Shown here in pieces: positions 18,779 to 26,173 of a stretch of DNA of 32,000 nucleotides (its first letter is position 1; the number at the start of each line of letters is the position of its first letter). Under the pieces are notes generated by a model. The model had not been told where the DNA came from. It worked only from the letters and a program-made list of their open reading frames with translations, and made no database searches. The position numbers were made by a program, and so were the translations under genes. The DNA comes from Pirellula staleyi DSM 6068. GTDB lineage: Bacteria; Planctomycetota; Planctomycetia; Pirellulales; Pirellulaceae. The stretch spans positions 5,400,001 to 5,432,000 of the forward strand of contig CP001848.1 of assembly GCA_000025185.1 (NCBI GenBank), written 5' to 3'.

Positions 18779-19546
18779 CTAAACGAACTCAATCCCGTCA
18801 TCAGCTGGCGGCGACGGAGGACGCGACGACTCTGCGCGGCGCGGCGGCGGAACAGGAGGTCGCGTTGGCGCTGCGCGACGTGGCGGGAACGGCCCCGCCA
18901 CCGGCGCTGGGCCCGCTGGCTCAGCATCGTCGATGAAGAACAGTCCCTCTTCCTCGGCTGCAGGGACAATCTCGGCCTGCACGGCAGAAGAGGTCGGAGC
19001 CGCTGCGGCGGGTCGCTGCGCGGTCGATGGAGGAGGCTGATGGGTGGCAGCTTCGCGCGAGGCAACCAGATCGCGCAGCGGACGCGGATCGAGTGGCAAG
19101 ATGCCGGGACCTTGCGATTTCGACCAGAGAGCCGCTTCGCGATTGTAAGGGCTGTTGGGGTCGTAGTTCTCGTAGCGAATCATGTCCCACAGCATCGTGC
19201 AGAGCTCGTCGAGCATCAAACTTGGGACCCAGTGCTTTCCATATCCTCCCAGGCAGACAATGCCGCCAGCCGAGATATTGGGGTGAAACACCGGGGATTT
19301 CCACGAGAGTTCGGGCATCGAGCGGGGGTATGAAGCCCCCAGACGCACATGCACTTCGTGAACTGCCAGCAGACGGGGCGCTTGTGCAGGGTCGGGACGA
19401 TACGCCCCACGACCATGAAATCGCAGCACGTAATATTCCGGCGGATTGCCGGTCGCTTCAAAGCGAAAAATGCTGCTGTCAGCGGCCAGTTGTGTTAGCA
19501 AGCGATGATCGCTAGCCAGTCGACGTTGACGAGGAGATTCGCGCAC
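18779..19546 (-). CDS. E2-like ubiquitin-conjugating enzyme with catalytic Cys
   Basis: 255 aa. UBC-core signature YPRSMPELSWKSPVFHPNISAGGIVCLG (HPN then Cys98, TGC at 19253-19255). A roughly 95-aa Pro/Ala-rich tail ends DDGIEFV. GTG start with GGAGGGAG RBS. Confidence 0.85.
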   Translation of the reverse strand: MRESPRQRRLASDHRLLTQLAADSSIFRFEATGNPPEYYVLRFHGRGAYRPDPAQAPRLLAVHEVHVRLGASYPRSMPELSWKSPVFHPNISAGGIVCLGGYGKHWVPSLMLDELCTMLWDMIRYENYDPNSPYNREAALWSKSQGPGILPLDPRPLRDLVASREAATHQPPPSTAQRPAAAAPTSSAVQAEIVPAAEEEGLFFIDDAEPAGPAPVAGPFPPRRAAPTRPPVPPPRRAESSRPPSPPADDGIEFV

Positions 19547-19565
19547 CGATGTATCGTCTCCCTCC

Positions 19566-19586
19566 GCGCGAGCAAAAACCTCGCGC
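19566..19586 (-). promoter_or_regulatory. intercistronic stem-loop abutting the E2 Shine-Dalgarno
   Basis: gcgcgag-caaaaac-ctcgcgc is a perfect 7-bp stem. On the mRNA it sits immediately 5' of GGAGGGAG (19558-19565). The function is inferred. Confidence 0.3.
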
Positions 19587-19657
19587 AGAACTTCCCAGTA
19601 GAGATGTCGATGACAAGTCTGCGCCGGCCACCATGGCTGAGCGCAGCTACCGACAAC

Positions 19658-19945
19658 TTAACCCGCGACGATCTCGGGATAAACAATCAAATGATGTCCA
19701 TCCTGAACACCGGCAGCGGGAAGCGTTTGATCTTCCTGCAAACGGCGGCCACCCTCTTTATGATCGAGGCTGTAGCTCATCGGCTGACCATCAGGGCCCA
19801 TCACCGGCAGATTCATCTTGGTGATGATGTTGGGCAGAATGCGTTTGGCAGTCACGGTGTCGGCGATCACCGCCTCGACACTCTTGGCGCCAGTCTGATC
19901 GAGAAACGTAACTCGTGTACCTTTTCGCTCCGTTTGTTCACTCAC
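19658..19945 (-). CDS. ubiquitin-like (beta-grasp) small protein ending in Gly
   Basis: 95 aa. GTG start preceded by AAGGGAG. The C-terminal half GRRLQEDQTLPAAGVQDGHHLIVYPEIVAG-stop parallels ubiquitin [30 protein letters not shown]. First gene of the operon. The fold assignment is inferred, not computed. Confidence 0.7.
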   Translation of the reverse strand: MSEQTERKGTRVTFLDQTGAKSVEAVIADTVTAKRILPNIITKMNLPVMGPDGQPMSYSLDHKEGGRRLQEDQTLPAAGVQDGHHLIVYPEIVAG

Positions 19946-20212
19946 AGTTTTTGCTCCCTTGGCTGTCGATCATTGCGACTGAGCTACACTAGGCCTATTG
20001 CCCACACACGCCATAAGTGGCGAGAAGTCCCGTCGTTGGGAGTAGCCTAGCCCGTCGAGAAGCGACAGCCTAGTGTGGTATTCGCCGATTCCCGGAAGAT
20101 CTTGAAAACCGCTGCGCGATTCAGCGCAGGGAGTCGCTGCGTGCGCTAGAAGAGGCAATCTGGCCTGAGTTTATGGAGTAGGACTGCGGCAGCCGAGCTT
20201 AGGCTGCAATCC

Positions 20213-21682
20213 TTACGACAAGATGCCGTGAATCACATGGCCATGCACATCGGTCAAGCGCATGTCGCGTCCCGAAAAGCGGAACGTCAGCTTCGTGTGA
20301 TCGACCCCCAGCAGATGCAGCATGGTGGCGTGCAAATCGTGCATTTCCACACGATTTTCGACCACTTTATAACCATAGTCATCGGAGCTGCCGTAGATCG
20401 TCCCCCCCTTGATCCCTGCGCCAGCCATCCAAATCGAATAGGCGTAAGGATTATGGTCGCGGCCATTCGACCCTTGAGCAAACGGGGTTCGGCCAAACTC
20501 GCCAGCCCATACCACCAGCGTGCTCTCGAGCAAACCACGGCGTTCGAGATCGGCCAGCAGCGCAGCGATCGGCTGATCGACAGCCCGCGCGTTGTCCTCG
20601 TGCCCTTGCTTCAAGTTCCCATGCTGATCCCAGCGATCGTGCCCCACATTGGGACAAGTGAGCTCAATAAAACGCACCCCTTCTTCCACGAGCCGCCGAG
20701 CCAAAATGCATTGTCGCGCAAACGACGCCGTCCCTTTGTGCTTCTGATCGATGCCGTAGAGCGCCTGCGTTTCGGCTGTCTCGCCCGAGTAGTCAGTCAG
20801 CCGCGGCACGACCGACTGCATCCGATAGGCCAATTCGTAGTTGGCAATTGCCGACTCCACCGCCGACGAACGGGTCGTATCTTGCGACTCGATCTGCTGA
20901 ATGAAATCGAGCTTATTCCGCTGCAGCTGCGTGTTGGGTTCGATCGGAATCACATTCGCCACCGGTGGATTCGAGGCAGCGAAGATCGAACCTTGGTAGG
21001 TCGCCGGCAAAAATCCGCTGTTGAAATTATCGAGCCCGCCCGGTGGCACGAGTCCACCATTCACGACCACGAATCCCGGCAGATCGCGGCATTCGCTCCC
21101 CAGGCCATACGTCGCCCAAGCTCCCATGCTGGGACGTCCTTGAATGCCAGTCCCGGTGTGCAAAAAGTAGTTCGCCGAGGTGTGCTCGGGAAACTGACTT
21201 GTCATCGAACGCACCACCGCCAGTTTGTCGGCATGCTTGGCAACTTCAGGAAAGAGCTCGCTAATCTCGATGCCACTTTGGCCATGCCTGGCAAACTTCC
21301 AGGGACTCCCGAGGGTCGCGCCGTTGTTGTTGAACTGCGTGGGCTCCATCTTCAGCCCGAACGGCTTCCCGTTCTCGGCTGTTAAGCGTGGCTTGGGATC
21401 GAACGTATCGACCTGACTCGGTCCACCATCCATGTAGAGGAAAATGACACTCTTGGCCTTCGCCGGAAAGTCGACTCCACGAAGTTCATTCGAAGGAGGT
21501 GCCAGATCGGCTGCCGCCAGTGGCAGCGCCAAATCCCCTTGGGCCACGAGCGCCGAAAGAGCCAGTGCGCCAAAGCCACCCGCCACTTGCTCGAGCATCG
21601 CGCGCCGCGATAGGGCCCGAGGACGCATCCGCTGGCAAGGGAACTCGCTCGACTTCGAAGGCTGGTGATGTTGTGGCGACAT
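20213..21682 (-). CDS. DUF1501 (sulfatase-like) domain protein with Tat signal
   Basis: 489 aa. Twin-arginine leader LSRRAMLEQVAGGFGALALSAL. DUF1501-typical blocks FLYMDGGPSQVDTFDPKP and GRDHNP. It is paired downstream of a DUF1549/DUF1553 gene, as is usual in planctomycetes. Alternative ATG at 21628. Confidence 0.85.
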   Translation of the reverse strand: MSPQHHQPSKSSEFPCQRMRPRALSRRAMLEQVAGGFGALALSALVAQGDLALPLAAADLAPPSNELRGVDFPAKAKSVIFLYMDGGPSQVDTFDPKPRLTAENGKPFGLKMEPTQFNNNGATLGSPWKFARHGQSGIEISELFPEVAKHADKLAVVRSMTSQFPEHTSANYFLHTGTGIQGRPSMGAWATYGLGSECRDLPGFVVVNGGLVPPGGLDNFNSGFLPATYQGSIFAASNPPVANVIPIEPNTQLQRNKLDFIQQIESQDTTRSSAVESAIANYELAYRMQSVVPRLTDYSGETAETQALYGIDQKHKGTASFARQCILARRLVEEGVRFIELTCPNVGHDRWDQHGNLKQGHEDNARAVDQPIAALLADLERRGLLESTLVVWAGEFGRTPFAQGSNGRDHNPYAYSIWMAGAGIKGGTIYGSSDDYGYKVVENRVEMHDLHATMLHLLGVDHTKLTFRFSGRDMRLTDVHGHVIHGILS

Positions 21683-21746
21683 AGCGTTTGTTTCTAGCGT
21701 TCTACGATTGTTTTACGGAAACAGGCCCGAGGAACCGGCGCGCCAA

Positions 21747-24700
21747 CTAATCGATGAAGATAAACTCTTTGACGTTCCAGAGTGCATGCGCTAGGTCGTT
21801 CCACAAACGTGGCTCGGCCAAAAGATGCTTCTCGTCCACTTTATATTCGCCCGCTTGCGTCACCAGGAAGTTGCGGGCGATCTTCAGTTCCGCTTCGCTC
21901 GGCTCGCGCGCGAAGGCTTCACGATAAAGCAGTGCAATTCGTCCCTCGACCGACTCTTTCTCAGCCTCACTCACCTTCTGAGCCCAGGTCGATGCCAACT
22001 GAGTGACAAGCGGATCGTTTAGCATAATGAGCGACTGCGCGGGCACATTCGAAACATTCCGCCGACCGATCGAGGTGAACGGAATCGGCGTATCGAAGGT
22101 GATCATCATCGGCGAGAGAAAATTGCGTCGAATCGAGATATAGACTGAACGACGTCCATTTCCATCGAGCGGGCCCGAGCCGGGTCGACCGCGACCTTGC
22201 ATGAACGGCGTGAGATGCACTGGCACGCTCGGTCCACCGATCTGCGTCTGCAAGCGCCCCGAGATGCGGAGCATCGAGTCCCGTATCGCTTCCCCCGGCA
22301 AGCGTTTCTGCAAGGCGCGGTGCCACAGCAGGTTCGACGGATCTCGTTCACTGTAAGTGGCATCAGCAGGAACACTTGCCATTTGATACGTGCTCGAAAG
22401 AGCAATCTGTCGAATCATTTTCTTCATCGACCAACCACTCTCGATCATTTGCTGCGCGAGATGATCGAGCAAGGCTGGATGCGAAGGCTGCTCGCCGAGA
22501 ACCCCAAAATTATCGACGCTGGCAACCACTCCGCGCCCCATCATGTAGTGGAACAGGCGGTTGGCAATCACGCGCGAGACAAGCGGATTCTCGGGCGAAA
22601 CAAGCTGCTGAGCAATTTCGAGTCGGCCACTTCCGCGCGTGGCTGCGAGCGGAGTTGGCTGAAGCGCTTGGGGCAAATTTCGCGGCACCAGTTCCCCCAC
22701 TGTCCGGACGTTGCCCCGAATCAGAAGCGGTTCGTCTTCACCACTCCCATCCAGCAGCGCCATGGCGAGTCGCGATTCCCACTTGATCTGGCTGGTCACT
22801 TTCTCGCGTTCAGCCAGGTACTCGGCTGCCACATTAGCAAGGGGACTGCGAGCGGCATCTCCGGACCAAAGTTTGCGATCGAGAAGTACACCGACTAGTT
22901 TCGCGCGATCGGCGGACGATTCGTCGGCGGCCAGTTTGGCAATCGCATCGGCATTCAGAAGCGAAGCGATCCGCTTAGCGGCTTCGAGGTCGAGCGTGTC
23001 ACTGTTTTCGGGAACAAGCAGGGCGCTAACTTGGTTGGTCGTCGCATCCCCTGGATGCGCACCTTCAACGACGCGATAGATACGTGTGTCGCTCGCCCCT
23101 TTGGGTACGAATTCCAGATGGATACGGTGCCCTTGGTAGGCCGAGAGGTCTTGCGTGATCCAGCGGAGAGGTGATTTTTCATCACCATGGTCGAGCACGA
23201 TTTGACCATGCAGCGGACCGTGAATTACCGAGTGCGAGTCGACAGCGGCGTAGACCATCACACCACCACTCACGAGGTAATGCAGCTGACCATTCTCGAC
23301 AGTGAACGTGGGAGTTTTGAGGGTGCGTCCACTCCGCTCGAGAGCAGCCAAACAGCCGTTCTCACCCATCGACCCAGGTGCGATCCGAATTTTGTCCCAG
23401 GTGAAATCACGCAGCGCTCCGCTGCGTGCGACAAGCTCCACTTGCTGTGGCGCTGAGGGCAAGTAGCGCCACCTCCCCGCCGACTGAATTCCGAGGCCAA
23501 ACGTCACACCATCCGCATACCAGTCGTCGGCGTTTTGCTCTTCGTAGGAGATGATCTGCCGCGTTTTTGCAAGTCGATCTTGGGCTGCCAGATGCTCTTC
23601 GTTCACGCGTTCGAGAACCCCCGGCTCTAGTTTTCCCGAGGCGGCATTGACATGCGCGAGCAAGTGCAGCGGATGAGCGCGGTCGTCGCGAGCCGTAGCC
23701 AAAAGTTCGGCCCAGGCCGAAAGTCGAGCGACATCGAGTTTACTTTCCTCCGCGGCAGCAGCGAGCAGTTTCGATTTCTCTTCCGCAGGCTGTTTAGCGG
23801 CGGGAATGAGTTTGCGAGCAGCCGTGAGATAGCGGGCCAGTTCATCGCTCTGGACTTCTATCCCCTCAACACTCGCGCGGGTAAAGAGCGGCTGATACTT
23901 GGCGTCGATCGCTGCGAGTTCTTTGGCAATTTTCAGATGCTCGCGCTCGGTATCGAAGCGCGCGAGGCGATAGGAACTGCTCTGTAAGAATCCGAGCATC
24001 GCGGAGTAGTCGGCCTGCGAAATCGCGTCGAACTTGTGATCGTGACAGCGTGCGCAGCTGACCGTGATCGCCAGGAACGATTTGCTGAAAACATCGACCG
24101 CATTGTCGTAGCGATCGGTTTCATCCTTACGAATATCGACCGGCGAATGGACCCATTCTCCAAGGTGCCAAAAGCCGGTGGCAATCACCGATTCGTTGTA
24201 CTTTTGCTCGCCGCCGAGCCGGGGCGTTTCGAGCAAGTCGCCTGCCAGGTGTTCGATCAGAAACTGATCGTAAGGAAGATCGTCGTTGAAAGCGCGGATG
24301 ATGTAGTCGCGATACTCGAAGGCATTGGGAATGTCGTAATCGAATTCGTGGCCACGCGATTCAGCGTAGCGCGCGAGATCCATCCAGCGGCGAGCCCAGT
24401 GCTCGCCAAATTCCTGGCGCGAGAGGAGATCGCTTACCAGTTCTTCGGTGGCACTCGACGAATTGTCGTCGAGATACTTCTGCACTTCCGCTGGAGTGGG
24501 TGGCAGTCCAATCAGATCGAAATAGAGACGCCGCACGAGCTGCTGTTTGGTAGCTGGTGCGGCGGGATTCATGCCCGACGCTTCAAGCTTGGCGAGGATG
24601 AAATGGTCGAGCGGCTGCTGGGGCCAAGTGGCGTTTTTCACCGCAGGAATAGCTGGCTTGGCGATCGGCTGCCAGCACCAATGTTCGGCGCGACGTTTTT

Positions 24701-25166
24701 CGAGATCAAAAGCCTTGGGTTTGGCAGTTGCGGGGCCTGCCGAAACGGGAAACGGGGCACCCATGTCGACCCACTTGGTGAGGATCGCGATTTCCTCGGC
24801 AGGCAGCTTCGACTTGGGGGGCATTTGATAGATCTCGCCATAGTTCACGGCGTCGATCAGCAAACTTTTCTTGGCATCGCCCGGCACAATTGCGGCGCCG
24901 GTATCACCGCCGGCAAGTAGCGCCTCGCGGGAGTCGACCGCCAGGCTCCCTTTCACTTCCCCTTTCGAGGCGTCGTGGCATTCGTAGCAGCGTGCGACAA
25001 GGATCGGGCGGACCGATTTTTCAAAATATTCGATCCCAGCAGCGTCGGCTGGGGGCGCAGCATCGTCGGCAGCGAGCGTCAGCGACGGGCTCAGCAGAAG
25101 GGATGCAAATAGGGTGGCCACACGGAGGGACCGACCAACCGCTGAGACGTCGCAGGAGATGCGCAT
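21747..25166 (-). CDS. PSCyt1/DUF1549/DUF1553 (PSD1) family protein
   Basis: About 1139 aa from MRISCDVSAVGRSLRVATLFASLLLSPSLTLAADD (signal peptide). CYECH heme-like motif, DUF1549 block (FGEHWARRWMDLARYAES) and CARCHDHKFD, followed by a DUF1553-type C-terminal region. The 31-aa N-terminal extension in the track is rejected. Confidence 0.85.
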   Translation of the reverse strand: MRISCDVSAVGRSLRVATLFASLLLSPSLTLAADDAAPPADAAGIEYFEKSVRPILVARCYECHDASKGEVKGSLAVDSREALLAGGDTGAAIVPGDAKKSLLIDAVNYGEIYQMPPKSKLPAEEIAILTKWVDMGAPFPVSAGPATAKPKAFDLEKRRAEHWCWQPIAKPAIPAVKNATWPQQPLDHFILAKLEASGMNPAAPATKQQLVRRLYFDLIGLPPTPAEVQKYLDDNSSSATEELVSDLLSRQEFGEHWARRWMDLARYAESRGHEFDYDIPNAFEYRDYIIRAFNDDLPYDQFLIEHLAGDLLETPRLGGEQKYNESVIATGFWHLGEWVHSPVDIRKDETDRYDNAVDVFSKSFLAITVSCARCHDHKFDAISQADYSAMLGFLQSSSYRLARFDTEREHLKIAKELAAIDAKYQPLFTRASVEGIEVQSDELARYLTAARKLIPAAKQPAEEKSKLLAAAAEESKLDVARLSAWAELLATARDDRAHPLHLLAHVNAASGKLEPGVLERVNEEHLAAQDRLAKTRQIISYEEQNADDWYADGVTFGLGIQSAGRWRYLPSAPQQVELVARSGALRDFTWDKIRIAPGSMGENGCLAALERSGRTLKTPTFTVENGQLHYLVSGGVMVYAAVDSHSVIHGPLHGQIVLDHGDEKSPLRWITQDLSAYQGHRIHLEFVPKGASDTRIYRVVEGAHPGDATTNQVSALLVPENSDTLDLEAAKRIASLLNADAIAKLAADESSADRAKLVGVLLDRKLWSGDAARSPLANVAAEYLAEREKVTSQIKWESRLAMALLDGSGEDEPLLIRGNVRTVGELVPRNLPQALQPTPLAATRGSGRLEIAQQLVSPENPLVSRVIANRLFHYMMGRGVVASVDNFGVLGEQPSHPALLDHLAQQMIESGWSMKKMIRQIALSSTYQMASVPADATYSERDPSNLLWHRALQKRLPGEAIRDSMLRISGRLQTQIGGPSVPVHLTPFMQGRGRPGSGPLDGNGRRSVYISIRRNFLSPMMITFDTPIPFTSIGRRNVSNVPAQSLIMLNDPLVTQLASTWAQKVSEAEKESVEGRIALLYREAFAREPSEAELKIARNFLVTQAGEYKVDEKHLLAEPRLWNDLAHALWNVKEFIFID

Positions 25167-25477
25167 CGCCAGACAATCCTTTGGTGAAATTCGCTGCTGC
25201 CCGGAAGGTGGGAACACGAAACGTGGGCAGTGGCTTGTCGTAGGTGCCAAGCGGCACATGCATCAGGTTAGCTGGATGCCATGCGCGGAGCAAGAGAAAG
25301 GGGGCTCACTGGGCGTCAAACGCCCCTTGTGGCCGCTGAATTCCCCAAGAGCTTTGGGCTAAGAGATGTCAAGAAACCCAACAAGGTGCCAGAGAGCGAA
25401 CTCTCCGACACCTTGCGAGTCGTGCTGACGGTTAGGCAGCGGCGGTGCGGCTGAGTCGAACTTCGGGAGAAGTCCGA

Positions 25478-26173
25478 CTACTGATAGTCGCAATCCATGC
25501 CGAGCTGCATCTTGAGTTCTTCAAATTTTTGGTAGTACTTATCGCTCGAGCTGTGGACATGCTCGGCTTCAGTAATGAACTTCAGCGACTCGTCGCACTT
25601 CACATTGAAGCGACGCATGACCGCTTCGTAGTCGGTGAGTGGACTGCCGTAGACGATCAGCAGTTTGTGCTCGTCGAATTGCACTTCCTGCGGGATCGCT
25701 GGGTTGAGCACGGCAATGCCGGTGCATCCATCGTTCATCAGCAGGTCTTCAAAATCCCAGAGGGTGCTTTTGAGGACCGGCATGTCGATATGTTCGCGAT
25801 AGAGGTCGGTGTGACCGGCGGCATCGCGATGGTGACTCGTTTCCAGGACCACATCGACCTCGTTACCGAGGGGCTCGATGAGCTCGAGGAACAGATCGAA
25901 GAGAACTTCGCGGCTGGCCGATGCCATAAGCACTGGCACTTTGGCTCGCGACTCTTCGTCTTGGTAGTGGTCGTGGCGATAGCCCTGTTGGGGAACCACC
26001 TTCAGGTCGTAGCTTGGTCGAATGGCGTCGGTGAGCATGAACTTTCCATAGCGCTCAACACCGAGGTGGGTTTCGAGCTCTTCCTCCGAAAGATGTTCGA
26101 AGCTGCTGCTTGTGGCAGCGGCGGCGGCACCTTCGTGGAAAACACCTCGAAAAAATCGTTTCAGGAAGCCCAT
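25478..26173 (-). CDS. hypothetical protein
   Basis: 231 aa from MGFLKRFFRG, with a GAGGA RBS 6 nt upstream. Globular-looking composition. No motif I recognise. Confidence 0.55.
   Translation of the reverse strand: MGFLKRFFRGVFHEGAAAAATSSSFEHLSEEELETHLGVERYGKFMLTDAIRPSYDLKVVPQQGYRHDHYQDEESRAKVPVLMASASREVLFDLFLELIEPLGNEVDVVLETSHHRDAAGHTDLYREHIDMPVLKSTLWDFEDLLMNDGCTGIAVLNPAIPQEVQFDEHKLLIVYGSPLTDYEAVMRRFNVKCDESLKFITEAEHVHSSSDKYYQKFEELKMQLGMDCDYQ

Noticed and set aside
19970-20158. A 62-aa minus-strand ORF immediately upstream of the Ubl gene, considered as a possible ninth operon member.
   Set aside because: It has a TTG start with no RBS and no recognisable motif, and it overlaps the hairpin and repeat region. 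It is worth a coding-potential check, but the sequence does not support it.
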